A stretch of 64,000 bases of DNA from Ginglymostoma cirratum (lineage: Eukaryota). Every line of letters begins with the position of its first letter. Within the stretch, counting starts at the first letter, position 1. The notes beneath the pieces were generated by a model. The model ran no database searches. It was not told the DNA's origin and saw only the letters and a program-made list of their open reading frames with translations. The stretch spans positions 1 through 64,000 of the forward strand of contig JAHRHZ010000266.1 in the NCBI GenBank assembly GCA_024137785.1. The letters are read 5' to 3'. Made by a program: the position numbers and the translations under genes. Positions 36,691 to 50,185 of the stretch are shown piece after piece.

Positions 36691-39600
36691 AACATAAGAA
36701 CATAAGAACATAACATAAGAACATAAGAACTAGGAGCACGAGTAGGCCATCTGGCCCCTCGGGCCTGCCCCGCCATTTAATAAGATCATGGCTGATCATT
36801 TTGAGAATTGGCTCCACTTACCCGCCCACTCACCATAACCCTTAATTCCTTTACTGTTCAAAAATTTATCTAGCCTTGCCTTAAAAACATTCAGTGAGGT
36901 AGCTTCAACCGCTTCACTGGGCAGGGAATTCCACAGATTCACACCTTTGGGTGAAGAAGTTCCTCCTGACCTCAGTCCTACATCTGCTTCCCTTTATTTT
37001 GAGGCTATGCCCCCTAGTCCTAATTTCACCCGTTTGTGGAAACAACCTCCCTGGCTCCACCTTGTCTATTCCCTTCATAATCTTATATGTTTCTATGAGA
37101 TCTCTCCTCATTCTTCTGAATTCCAATGAATATAATCCTGGTCTACTCAGTCTCTCCTCATAATCCAATCCTCTCAACTCTGGAATCAACTGAGTGAATC
37201 TCCTCTGCACTCCCTCCAGTGCTAGTATATCTCTTCTCAAGTAAGGAGACCAAAACTGCACACAGTACTCCAGCAGTGGCCTCACCAGGATCCTATACAG
37301 CTACAGCACAGCCTCCCTGTTTTTAAACGCCATCCCTCTAGCAATGGAAGACAAAATTCCATTTGCCTTTTTAATTACCTGCTGCACCTGCAATCCCACC
37401 TTCAGTGATTCATGCACAAGGACACCCAAGTCCCTCTGCACAGCAGCGTGCTGCAATTTTTTACCATTTAAAACATAGTCCATTTTACTGTTATTCCTAC
37501 CAAAATGGATGACCTCACACTTATCAACATTGCACTCCATTTGCCAGACCTTTGCCCACTCACTTAGACTATCTATATCCCTCTGCAGACTTTCAGCGTC
37601 TTCTGCACACTTTGCTCTACCACTCATCTTAGTGTCATCTGCAAATTTTGACACACCACACTTAGTCCCCAACTCCAAATCATCTATGTAAATTGTAAAC
37701 AATTGCAGTCCCAACACTGATCCCTGAGGCACACCACTAGCCACTGACTGCCAACCAGAAAAACACCCATTAACCCCTACTCTTTGCTTTCTACTGGTCA
37801 ACCAATCCTCTATCCATGCCAATACATTACCTGTAATACCGTGCATCTTTATCTTATGTAGAAGCCTTGTCAAATGCCTGCTGGAAATCCAGATACACCA
37901 CATCCACAGGTTCCCTATAGTCCACCATGCAAGTAATGTCCTCAAAGAATTCCACCAAATTAGTTACACATGACCTACCCTTCATGAATCCATGCTGGGT
38001 GTTCCCAATGGGACAGTTTATATCCAGATGTCTTGCTATTTCTTCCTTAATGATAGATTCAAGTATTTTCCCCACAGTCAAACTTAAGCTAACTGGCCTA
38101 TATTTACCTGTTTTTTGTCTACTTCCTTTTTTAAACAGTGGCGTCACATTGGTTGTGTTCCAATCTGCAGGAACCACCCCAGAGTCCAGTGAATTTTGGT
38201 ACATAATTACTACTGCATTTGCTATTTCCCCCATCACCTCGTTTAGTACCCTGGGATGCATTTCATCAGGGCCAGGAGACTTGTCTACCTTTAGCCCCAT
38301 TAGCTTGCCCAGCACTGCCTCCTTAGTGGTAATGATAGTTTCTAGGTCCTCGCCTGCTGTAACCTTCTTGCCATTAGTTTTCGGCATGTTATTTGTGTCT
38401 TCCACTGTGAAGACTGACACGAAATAATTGTTTAATGTCTCGGCTATTTCCTCGTTCCCAGTTATTAAATTGGCCTTCTCATCCTCTAAAGGACCAATGT
38501 TTACCTTCGCCACTCTTTTACAATTTACACATTTATAGAAACTTTTGCTGCCTGTTTTTATATTCTGAGCTAGTTTACTCTCATAATCTATCTTAGTTTT
38601 CTTTATAACATTTTTTGTGGCTTTCTGTTGACCTTTAAAGATTTCCCAGTCTCCTAGTTTCCCACTTCTCTTTGCTCTTTTGTATGAGTTTTTTTTCAAT
38701 CTGATACTTTCCTTTATTTCCTTAGACATCCATGGCCGGCTTTCTCTTTTCCTACAGTTCTTCCTTATCACTGGAATATACTTCTGCTGAGCACTGTGAC
38801 AAATCGTTTTGAAAGTCCTCCACTGTCCCTCAATTGACTCATCATAAAGTTTTTGCTCCCATTCTACCTTAACTAACTCCTTCCTCACTCCTTCATAGTC
38901 TCCTTTGTTTAAGCACAGGACATAGGTACTGGATTTAATCCTCTCACGCTCCATCTGTCTTTTAAATTCAACCATACTGTGATCATTCCTTCCAAGAGGA
39001 TTCCTAACTGTGAGATCATTCATTATTCCTGTCTCATTACACAGGACTAGATCTAGGATAGCCTGCTCCCTTGTAGGTTCCATTGCATAATGTTCCACGA
39101 AATTATCGTGGATGCATTCTATGAACCACTCCTCAAAGCTGCCATGACCGACCTCATTTGAACAATCGATATGTAGATTAAAATCCCCCATGACAATTGC
39201 TATACCATTTTTACATGCATTAGCTATTTCTATGTTTATTGCCCGTCCCACCATGATGTCATTATTTGGTGGCCTATAGACCACACCCATCAGTGACTTC
39301 TTCTCCCTGCTATTCCTAATTTCCACCCAAATGTATTCAACGTTTTGTTCAGTAGAACTTATATCATCTCTCACTACCGCCCTGATATCATCCTTAAAAA
39401 TCAGAGCAACACCACGTCCCTTACCTTCCTGTCTGTCCTTTCGAACAGTTTGATACCACAACAAATGGATCCTCCCCCTCCCTCTCTAGTATCCTCTCAA
39501 GCCGGTCAGAGATGTCTTGCACCCTGGCACCAGGCAACACACCATGCGGGATTCTCTATCCTGCTCGCAAAGGATACTGTCTATCCCCTTGATAATGGAA

Positions 39601-40417
39601 TCCCCTACAACGACGATCTGTCTTTTTGCTCCCCCCTCTTGAATGGCCTCCTGGACCATGGTGCCATGGTCAGTTGACTCATCCTTCCTGCAGCCCTGTT
39701 CCTCATCCACACAGGGAGCAAGTGCCTCATACCTGTGGGACAATGTCAAGGGCTGCGGCTCCTGTGTTCCTGTCTGCAGGGTCCCCCACCTGCCTCACTC
39801 GCAGTCACACACCGCTGTCCCTGCCCGCCGATCAAATTAACATTAGTTAATCTACCAGGTGTGACTGCATCCTGGAACACAGCATCCAGGTATTTCTCCC
39901 CCTCCCGGATGTGCCGCAGTGTTTGGAGTTCGGATTCTAGCTCATTAATTTTGAGCCGGAGCTCCTCAAACAGCCAACAATTGTTGCAGATGTGGTCACT
40001 GCCATTTTCAATGGGATTAGCTAGCTCCCACATCATACAGCTACAACACATCATCTGGCCTGCCATCTCTACTTAGTTAATTATTTTAAATTAATTAGTT
40101 TTATTTTAGTTTCACAGTGTTCTGTGCACCAGTATGTTTACTCCGTTATATACTCAAACAGGCTCCGGCTTTGCCTTCCGACCCGCTCCCAGAGGATTTG
40201 GCATCTGGTGACCACCCCGAAAGATAACAAAGGTATGAGGAAAGAAATGTAAATAGCTTACATGCTCACCACATTTAGTCATTATTATTAGGTTAGGAGA
40301 GGTCGAAGGGTGGGAGACACTACGCATGTAGTGTCTCAGGTATTAGTTAACTCCCAAGTTTATTGGGCGGAAGATTACCTTCCCAGGCTGCCCTCACGCT
40401 TTATCCCAGACTCCCGC
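36690..40417 (-). mobile_element. Young near-full-length CR1 (5'UTR, ORF1 Zn-finger/coiled-coil/esterase, ORF2 APE+RT, (aacataag)n tail), innermost nested insertion
   Basis: ORF1 MAGQMMCCSCMMWE..HICNNC..LRLKINELESELQTL, VVVGDSII; ORF2 segment 37854-39464 (536 aa), 37301-37945, 36914-37285; interrupts the host element at its AVDVIY|MD motif. Confidence 0.95.
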
Positions 40418-42945
40418 ACATATATGACATCCACAGCCCTTCCCTCATCTATCAACTTTGTCACTTCCTCAAAGAATTCTATCAAGTTGGTAAGATATGA
40501 CCTTCCCCGCACAAAACCATGCTGCCTATCACTAATAAGCCCATTTTCTTCCAAATGGAAATAGATCCTATCCCTCAGTATCTTCTCCAGCAGCTTCCCC
40601 ACCACTGACGTCAGGCTCTCCGGTCTATTATTACCTGGATTATCCTTGCTACCCTTCTTAAACAAGGGGACAACATTAGCAATTCTCCAGTCCTCTGCGA
40701 CCTCACCCGTGCTCAAGGATGCTGCAAAGATATCTGTTAAGGCCCCAGCTATTTCGTCTCTCGCTTCCCTAGGTAACCTGAGATAGATCCCATCCGGACC
40801 TGGGGACTTGTCCATTCTAATGCCTTTTAGAATACCCAACACTTCCCCCCTCCTTATGCCAACTTGACCTGGAGTAATTAAACATCTATCCTTAACCTCA
40901 ACATCCCACTCTTCAGTGAATACTGACGCAAAGTACTAATTAAGAATCTCACTCATTTTCTCCGACTCCACACATAACTTCCCTCCTTTGTCCTTGAGTG
41001 GGACAACCCTTTCTCTAGTTACCCTCTTGCTCCTTATGTACAAATAAAAGGCTTTGGGATTTTTCTTAACCCTGTTTGCTAAAGATATTTCATGACCCCT
41101 TTTAGCCCTCTTAATTCCTCATTTCAGATTGGTCCTACTTTCCCGATATTCTTCCAAAGCTTCATCTGTTTTCAGTCGCCTAGACCTTATGTATGCTTCC
41201 TTTTTCCTCTTTGCTAGTCTCACAATTTCACCTGTCATCCATGGTTCCCTAATCTTGCCCTTTCTATCCTTCATTTTCACAGGGACATGCCTGTCCTGCA
41301 CTCTAATCAACCTCTCTTTAAAAGCCTCCCACATATCAATTGTGGATTTACCCTCAAACAGCTGCTCCCAATCCACATTTCCCAGCTCCTGCTGAATATT
41401 TCTATAGTTGGTCTTCCCCCAGTTTAGCACTCTTCCTTTAGGACCACCCTCGTCTTTGTCCATCAGTATTCTAAAACTTACAGAATTGTGATCACTATTC
41501 CCAAAGTAATCCCCTACTGAAACTTCAATCACCTGGACAGGCTCATTCCCCAACACCAGGTCCAGTATGGCCCCTTCCCGAGTCGGACTATTTACATACT
41601 GCATCTATATTCTGGGATATTTAGTTGCCAATCTTGCCCTTCCCTCAACCAAGTCTCAGTAATAACAATAACATCATACTCCCAGGTACTAATCCAAGCC
41701 CTAAGTTCATCTTCCTTACCTACTACACTTCTCGCATTAAAACAAATGCAACTAAGACCACCTGACCCTTTGCGTTCATCATCTGCCCTCTGCCTACTCT
41801 TCCCCTTAGTCACACTGACTTCATTACTTAGTTCCTTACAGGCTTTAGTTACAGCCTCCTTACTGTCCACTAACCGCTTCATTTGGTTCCCATCCCCCTG
41901 CCACATTAGTTTAAACCCTCCCCAACAGTGTTAGAAAAAGCACCCCCTAGGACATTGGTTCCAGTCCTGCCCAGGTGTAGACCGATCGATTCGTAATAGT
42001 CCCACCTCCCCCAGAACCGGTCCCAATGTCCCAAAAATCTCAAACCATCCCTTCTGCATCATCTCTCAAGCCACTCATTTATCCTGCCTATTCTTTCATT
42101 TCTACTCTGACTAGCACGTGTTACTGGCAGAAATCCTGAGATTACTACCTCCGAGGTCCTACTTTTTAACTTGGCTCCTAACTCCCTAAATTCTGCTTGT
42201 AGGACCTCATCCCGTTTTTTATGTATATCATTGGTGCCTATATGCACCACGACAGCTGGCTGTTCACCCTCCACCTTCAGAATGTCCTACAGTCAATCTG
42301 ACCCATGCAACTGGGAGGCAACATACCATTCGGAAGGCTTGTTTACGACAACAGAACCGCCTATCTACTCCCCTTACAATCAAATCCCCTATGACTATAG
42401 CCTTCCACTCTTTTTCCCGCCCTTCTGTACAGCAGAGCCAGCCACGGTGCCATGAACCTGGCTACTGCTGCCTTCCCCTGGTGAGCCATATTCCCCAGCA
42501 GTATTCAAAACGGTACACAAGTTTTGGAGGGAGATGACTGCAGGAGACACCTGCATTGCCTTTCTGCTTTTTTTCTGCCTTTTGGTCACCATTCCCTTTC
42601 TCCCTCAGCAATCCTAATCTGCGGTGTGACCAATTTGCTGAACATGCTATCCACGACTTCCTCAGCATCGCGGATGCTCCAGAGTGAGTCCATCCGCAGC
42701 TCCAGAGCCGTCATGCGGTCTAACAAGAGCTGCAGCTGGATACACTTCCTGCACGTGTAGGAGCCAGGGACATCAGCCGTGTCCCTAAACTCCCACATTG
42801 AGCACTGCCCAAATATATCAGTTCACTCACCTTCCCAGAGCGCAATTCAACCGCTCCCATTCAGCTCTGCTGCCGAAATGAAGAACTTCCTTCCCGTCAG
42901 GCCCCTGGTCCTTGCTCCCGCTGCTGCCGCTGCAAAAAATGGAGC
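40418..42945 (-). mobile_element. CR1 5' half (5'UTR, ORF1, APE, start of RT) of the element ending at 35500
   Basis: MWEFRDTADVPGSYTCRKC, VVVHIGTND, LSCICFNARSV, QHGFVRGRSYLTNL..AVDVIY. Confidence 0.9.
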
Positions 42946-42949
42946 ATAA

Positions 42950-45900
42950 AGTCATAGATTCCTACAGCAAACAGACAGGCCCTTCAGTCCAAACTGGTCC
43001 AAAATGTCCATCTATGCTATCCCCATTTCCCTGCACTTGATCCATATCCTTCTCAACTTTTCCCATCCATGCATTCATCCAAATGTCTTTTAAATGCTGT
43101 TAATGTATCCACTTCAACCACTTCTGCTGATAGCTCATTTCATATGCATACCACTCTGCAAGTAAAAATGTTGCCCCTCAGGTTCCCATTTATTCTTTCC
43201 CCTCTTACTTTAAACTGATGCCCTCTAGTCCTTGATTCCCCAACCCTGGGAAAAAGACTGAGCGCATTCACCCTATCCATTCCTCTCATGATCTTATACA
43301 CTTCTATAAGAATCCCCCCTCAGTCTCCTATGCTCAAAGGAAAAAAGTCCTGGCTTGTCTAAGATCTCCCTATAACTCAGTCCCTTGAGCCCTGTCAACA
43401 TCCTTGTGAATTTCTTCTGCACTTTTTCCAGTTTAATAACACACTTCATACAGCAAGATGACCAAAAGTGAACACAATTCTAGAAGTTCGTCCTCACCAA
43501 CCTCCTGTACAACTACAAGCTAACTTCCCAACTTCTGTGCTTAATGCCCTGACTGATGAAAACCACTGTGCCAAAAGCCTTCTTCAGTGACTTGTCTACC
43601 TGTGACTCAATTTTCAGAAAACCATGCACCTGAACTCCAAAGTCCCTCTCTTCCACTACACTGCTTAAGGCGCTACCATTCACCATGAAAATCCTGCCCT
43701 GATTTGACTTTCCAAAATGCAACACCTCACATTTACCCATATTAAACTCTATTTGCCATTTCTCAACCCACTTCTCCAGCTAATCATGATCCTGCTGCAA
43801 TTTCTGATAACCATCCTCATTGTACACGATACCACCTATTTTAGCGGCATCTGCAAACTTACAAATCATGCTTTGTACATTCTCATCCAAATCATTGATA
43901 TGGATAACAAACATCAATGGGCCCAGCGCCAAACCCTAAAGCATACCATTTGTAACATGCCTTCAGTCCAACAAGCATTCTTCCACTATTACTCTCTGCT
44001 TCTGACCAAAAATCCAATTGTGTATCCGTTTTGCCAGCTGTCTTTGGATTCAGTGTGAGTGTGATCTAATGTTCCAGAGCAGCCTACCATGTTGAACCTT
44101 ATTAAAGACCTTATGAAAATCTATATAGACTACTTCTACCACCCTGTCCTCATCAACCTTCCTGGTCACTTCATCAAAGAACTCAAACTAATTTGTTTGG
44201 CATAATCTCCCATGCACAAAGCCATGTTGACTATGCCTAATCAAACTCTGTCTTTCCAAATGTATGTCTATCTTCGCCCTCCAAATCTTCTCAAGTAACT
44301 TACCTATCACAGATGTTAGGTTTACTTGCCTATAGTTGTTAGGTTTTTCTTTGTAGCTGTTCTTGAATAAGGGCACAACATTTGCTAATCTCTACTCTTC
44401 CAGGACCTCACCTGCAGCTAACAATGACACAAATATGTCAGCCAGGGCCCCCACAATTTCTTCTCTGGCCTCTCGCAGAGGTCTTCGAAACATCTGGTCA
44501 GAAACAGGAGATTTATCCACCTTCATACATTCTAATACGTCCAGCACCTCCTCTACTGTGATATTGACTGTCCCTGAGACATTGGCACTAACTTCCCCAA
44601 GTTCCCAAGTCTTCATGTCTTTCTCCACGGCAAACACAAAGGAGAAACATTCATTGAGGACCTCCCCATCTCTTGCAGTTTCACATATATATGTCCACTT
44701 TGGGCATCGAGGGGTCCTATTCTCTTTCTAGTTATTCTTATTCCTTTAATATACTTAAAGAACCTCTTTTGATTCACCTAATCTTCTCAGCCAAGGCCCT
44801 CTCATGCGCCCTTTTCACTCTCCTGATTTACATCTTCAGTAAAATCCTGTGTCCCCTATATACCTCCAGGCAACCTTTGATACCAGCTGCTTGTGCATGA
44901 GCCACGTCTCCTTTTTTCTGGTCAAAGCCTCAATATCTCTTGCCATCCAGGGTTCCCTACTCCTGCCAACCTTGCCCTTCAACCTGACAGGAACTTATAA
45001 ACCTTGAACTCTAGCTATCACACTTTTAAAGGCCTCCCACTTGTCGGAGTTCCCTTTGCTTGCAAACAAGCTACTCCAATCAACTCCTGCAAGCTCCTGT
45101 CTAATTTCATCAAAATTTGCCTTGTCCCAGTTTAGAAGTTCAGCCTGTGGATCACTTTTGTCCCTGTACATAAGTTTTTTAAAATTAATAGAACGATGGT
45201 CACTGGTTGTAAAGTGCTCCCCCACTGTCACCTCAGTCACCTGTCCAGCCCTGTTTCCCAAGAGTAAGTCGAGTTGTGTCCCTTGCCGAGCAGGACCCTC
45301 TGTATCCTGTGTTGAGGAAAGTTTCCTCAAGCACTGAAACAAACTCCACCCTGTCTAAGCCCTTAGCACTATGGCAGTCCCAGTCAATGTTAGGAAAATT
45401 AAAATCCCCCACTATGACCTCCTTTTTGCTCCTGAAAGTTTCCCCAGTCTCCCTGCATATATGTTCCTCTAATTCCCCTTGCCTATCTGGGGACCTATAG
45501 GTCAACCACAATAACTTTATCATTCTCTTCTTATTTCTTAGCTCCACCTACAAAACCTCACTGGATGATACCTCAGTTATCTCAGCTCAGAGTACTGCAT
45601 CTCAGACTACCCCCTAATAAAAAAAACTCCCCCTCCCCTCTTTCCTACACCTCTGTCCCACTTAAAGCACATGTACCCAGGCACATTAAGCTGTGAGCCC
45701 TGTCCCTCCCTCTACAATGGCTAAAATATGCCAGTCCCATGTACCTATCCACACCCTGAGTTCATCGACCTTACCTCTCAGCCCTCGTACATTGAAATAG
45801 ATGTAATTTAATCCAACAGGAATTCCTCGTTCCCTGTCATGTTCCAGGCTGATCTGTCTCTTCACCTTGCCATTTTTGATGTACTATATCTCCTTCCAGT

Positions 45901-46335
45901 CTCGCATTTGCCTTCCTGTTGTTGAGGATTCCACACCCCTGCCAATCTAACTTAAACCCCACCTTGTAACACAAGCAAATCTGCCTGCCAGGATATTGGT
46001 CCCCACCAGCTCAAGTGCAAACGATCCCTCTTGAACAGGGCACCTCTGCCCCAGGAAAGATCCCAATGATCCTGGAAAGTGAATCCCTTCCCCCAACCAA
46101 TTCTTTAGCCATATTGTCCTGTTCTTACCCTCAGTAGCATATGACATGATAAGTAATCTGGAGATTACCACCGTTAAGGCCCTAGTTTTTAACCTTTTTC
46201 CTAGCTCTCTACAAGTGCTCTGCAGGACCTCATCCCTATTTCTAACTATTTCGATTGTGCCAATGTACACAATGAATTCTGGCTGCTCACCCTCCTCCTT
46301 GAGAACGTTCTGCAGCCGCTCTGAGACATCCTGAA
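42950..46335 (-). mobile_element. Older CR1 (partial ORF1 to 3' tail)
   Basis: YIGTIEI..RDEVLQ (ORF1), VGDFNFPNIDW, QHGFVHGRLCQTN, KCEVLHFGKSN. Confidence 0.85.
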
Positions 46336-46344
46336 CTCTGGTGG

Positions 46345-48010
46345 AGGAATATAACTAAAAGGGAACTCAGGAAGGTAAAAAGGGGCCATGAGATAGGTTT
46401 GGCAAATAGGGTTAAGGAGAATCCAAAGGGTTTCTACAAATAAGTTAAGAAGAAAAGAGTATCTACGGAGAGAATAGGGCCCCTTAAAGATCAGCAAGGC
46501 CGCTTATATGTGGAACCGCAGGAGATGGGGGAGATACTAAACATGTATTTTGCAAAAATGTTTACTGTAGAGGAGGATATGAAAGCTAGAAAACTTGGGG
46601 AAATAAATAGCGATACCTCGAAATGTATCCAGATTATACAGGAGGAGGTGCTGGGAGTCATAAAACGCATAAAGATAGATGAAACCCCAGGACCAGATCA
46701 GAGGTACCCGAGAACTTCATGGGAAACTCGGAAAGTGATCGCTGGGCCTCTTGCTGAGATATTTGTATCATTATCTGTACCATAGCCATAGGTGAGGTGC
46801 TGGCACACTGCAGGGTCGACTAACAAATTGCCAGTTTTTAAAAAAGGTTGCAAGGAAAAGCCGGGGAAATAAAGACGGGTGAGTCTGACATAACTGGTGG
46901 ACAAGTTGTTGGAGTATTTGGAGGAGGATTTACATGTGTTTGGAATGGCAAGGACTGATTAGAGATATTCAACATGGCTTTGTGCGTGTAAAATCATGCC
47001 TGAATAACTTCACTGAGTTTTTTGAAGACGTGATGAAAAGGATTGATGACGGCAGAGCAGTGGGCGCTGTGTAGATGGACTTCAGTAAGGTATTCGAAAG
47101 GGTTCAATGTGGTGGAGTGGTTAGTAAGGTTAGATCATATATAATACAAAGGAGCCAGGTGGATACATAACTGGCTCGATGGTAGGAGACAAAGGGTGAT
47201 GGTGGAGGGTTGCTCTTCAGACTGAAGGCCTGTGACCAGCAGTATGCTGCAAGCATGGGAGCGGGATCCGTTGCTTTTTGTCATTGAAATAAATGATTTG
47301 GATGTGAATATAGGAGGTATGGTGAGTAAGTTTGCAGATGAAACCAATATTGGTGGTGTAATGGACAGTGATAGAGATTCTCAAAGAGTACAATGGGACC
47401 TTGTTCGGATGGGCTGATGGGCGGAGGAGCGGCAGCTGGAGTTGAATCTAGATAAATGTGAGATGCTGCATTTTGGGAAGGCAAATCAGTGCAGGACTTA
47501 TATACTTAATAGTAAGGACCTGGGGAATGTTGCTGAACATGGAGACCTTGAAGTGCAGATTCATAGCTCTTTGAAAGTAGAGTCAGAGGTAGACAGGGTA
47601 ATGAAGGAAGCATTTGGTATGCCTGCCTTTCTTGGTCAGTGCAGTGACTATCGGAGTTGGGAGGTCGTGTTTTGACTGGTTAGGCCACTTTCAGAATATT
47701 GCATTCACTTCTGGTTTCCTGCTATCAGAAAGATGTTGTGAAGCTTGAAAGGGTTCAGAAAAAACAGACAAGGATGCTACCAGACAAGAAGGGTTTGAGC
47801 ATGAGGAGAGGCTGAATAGGCTGGGGCTTTTTTCCCTGGAGCATGGAGGCCGAGGGGTGACCTTATTGAAGTTTATAAAATAATGACAGGCATGCATAGG
47901 ATAAATAGTCAAGGTCTTTTCCCAGGGTAGGGGAGTCAAAACTAATGGGCATAGAGTAAAGTTGAGAGAAGAAGATTTAAAAGGGACCTTTTTCACGCAG
48001 ACGGTGATGT
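46345..48010 (+). mobile_element. Outer CR1 element, 3' half (RT)
   Basis: EPQEMGEILNMYF, INDLDVNIGGMVSKFADET, DKCEMLHFGKAN; resumes where 33700-35490 breaks off. Confidence 0.8.
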
Positions 48011-48037
48011 ATGTGTGCATCTCTCGCTCCCTCTCAC

Positions 48038-48114
48038 TGTTTCCTGTCTGCGACCAAATGAAAGAGCCCAAGAGAAGGAGCCAACCTAGGAGCTCCAGGA
48101 CCAGCTGTTCCCAT
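48038..48114 (-). other. Hydrophobic leader-like/anchor-like cassette behind V2 (LVLELLGWLLLLGSFIWSQTGN, then phase-1 GTGAG donor); ATG out of frame by a 4-nt indel
   Basis: Paralog of 49992-50064; in frame with V2 by read-through of the V2 donor (ORF 47691-48332). Confidence 0.45.
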
Positions 48115-48157
48115 TGAGCTATCAAGGTAGTTACACCATCCAGACATTGTTCTTCAC

Positions 48158-48539
48158 CTTGCACTTTCAGCATTGTTGGAAACCGTGTTTCAAATCTGCC
48201 AATATTGAGCTCTACACAGCACAGGTAGGAACCAGCATCCTCCTGGCTTAGTTCGTCCATCATTATTGAGACATCTTGGTTGCTGAGGTTCCCCACGAAA
48301 TTGAATCGATTCCTGCCATCCCGCTGTCTCACATTCTCACACAGCTCACCCTGGGAATGGTCTGGACCAGGATATGTACAGTTAGAGATAACACCTGTGG
48401 AATATTTAATCCATCACGGAGCCGGTAAGTGTGAGATTACTGTCTGGGTGGGTGAAGTTGCAGGGTAAGACAGCGGAACCCCCTTCCTCACCCCTCACAC
48501 CATCCGCAACCGTCATTGACCATCCATTTTCAGAAAATG
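48158..48539 (-). pseudogene. Siglec-15-like Ig V-set exon V2, frameshifted
   Basis: ccttgcag acceptor; FSENGWSMTVADGVRGEEGGSAVLPCNFTHPDSNLTLTGSV/WIKYSTGVISNCTYPGPDHSQGELCENVRQRDGRNRFNFVGNLSNQDVSIMMDELSQEDAGSYLCCVELNIGRFETRFPTMLKVQ then G|gt; 382 nt, apparent 2-nt deletion just before the Trp codon (about 48413). Confidence 0.9.
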
Positions 48540-48799
48540 CTGCAAGGGGAAAGCAAGAAAGAGAGGATATGAACACAGCACAGAAACAGACATCAGTGTT
48601 TGGAACAAAAACTTTGAGACTCAATCCTGAGTCTGTTATTTGGTGGGAACAGGGTTAGCAATTATAGTGAGAGGCAGTGAACTAACGGTAATACCAATTC
48701 ATGTGCCATCCAATACATTGGGCATAGAGTTTCACTTACCACAGTGGCAGCTGCTGGAATATCAATTTAGTTATTTCATCTGAAGTTGAACACTAGCGG

Positions 48800-49360
48800 A
48801 GATGTTGGTTGGCTCACTGAGCTGACTGGTTTTCTTGCAAATGTTTCGTCCCCCTTCTAGGTGACACCTTCAGTGCTGTCTAGCCTCCATTGAAGAGCGG
48901 TTGTTCAGTTCCGTTCTGAATTGATATGGTCCGGTCTGTCATGTTGGGTAGTTCTGTTTCCGGTTTGCTCCATAGTGGTATGTTGATGGGGTCTATTTCA
49001 ACATGTTCGTTTACGGCACCATAGATTGAAAGCGAGGCTTATAGGAATTCTCGTGCTTGTCTTTGTTTTGTTTGTCCTAGTACTGTTACATTGTTCTAGT
49101 TAAACTGATGTCCTTCTTTGCTGGAGTGAATAGAAATGAGGGAGGGTTGCTCGTGCCATTTTGCTGCGAGTTGGTGTTCATGTATCCTGGCGGTGAGTTT
49201 CCTGCCCATCTGTCCTGTGTATTGTTTCTCCCACCTGATTGGGTAGCTTGTATATTGCATATATAATGAGCAGGACAAATGTGATGTACAAAATACCCAT
49301 TCAGCAACTGGGAGAAGCAATACATAGGACAGATAGGAAGGAAACTCGCCACCAGGACAT
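48800..49360 (-). mobile_element. Penelope-like element 3' fragment (GIY-YIG EN) with fold-back end
   Basis: EKQYTGQMGRKLTARIHEHQLAAK..SLISIH..KEGHQFN; about 49185-49262 inverted versus 49280-49358; hammerhead-like ctgaagg..gacgaaac near 48840-48875. Confidence 0.8.
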
Positions 49361-49991
49361 CTCTGCACGGGTCTCTCAGGGGACTGTCCCAGGCCCAACC
49401 ATCTTCAGCTGCTTCATCAATGACCTTCCCTCCATCATAAGGTCAGAAGTGGGCATGGATGTTCGCTGATGAACATGGGCTGCAGGAGAACATCACCACC
49501 CACAGGCTCCCCTTAAAGACACTCACCATCCTGATTTGGAAAAATTTCACCATTCCTTCAGTGTCAGTGGGACAGAGATCAGGAACTCCTTTGCAGCTGC
49601 ACCATGAGTGTCCCTGCACCTGAGGTAATGCAGCAGTTCAAGAGGGGAATTCACCATTCCCTTCTCCAGGGCTATTTGGAATTGCCAATAAAGGCTGACC
49701 GAATGTGTAAACATCTAAATTATAAACATAGTTCCAAGTCAGGATGGTATGCATCTACTGCCAAGGGGAGAGTATTCCAAGCCTGTGACCTGCTCTTGTA
49801 GTGACAGCCTCATTTCCACTCCTGGGCTCACTCCTTGTCCACAACTGAGTGAGCTGTTCAGGAGGAGTTAAGAATGAATCACATGACTGTGGGTCAGGAG
49901 ACACATGTCCGTCAGGCCTGGTAAGGATGGCCACCCCCCCCCACCCAACTCTTCACCCTTCACCACACCCCACTCCGGCCTCCCTTCTCAC

Positions 49992-50064
49992 CGCCTCCTG
50001 CGTCAGACCACCCGAAAGAGCACAGGACAAGTAGCCAACCCAAGAGTTCCCAGACCAGGCCCAT
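49992..50064 (-). CDS. Candidate signal-peptide exon MGLVWELLGWLLVLCSFGWSDAGG + phase-1 donor
   Basis: ATG at 50064, 24 codons plus 1 nt, G|GTGAG donor; would splice in frame to V2. Confidence 0.5.
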
Positions 50065-50185
50065 AGAGTTATCACGGCAGTGACACCATCCGGACATTGT
50101 TCCTCACCTTGCACTTCCAAATACGTTAGAAACCGTGCTTGAAAACTGCCAGTACTGAGCTCCACACAACAGTGATAGTGACCAG

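Noticed and set aside
36690-36732. Short tandem repeat (aacataag)n as a CRISPR-like or regulatory array
   Set aside because: It is the typical CR1 3' microsatellite tail, with no spacers, in eukaryotic DNA.
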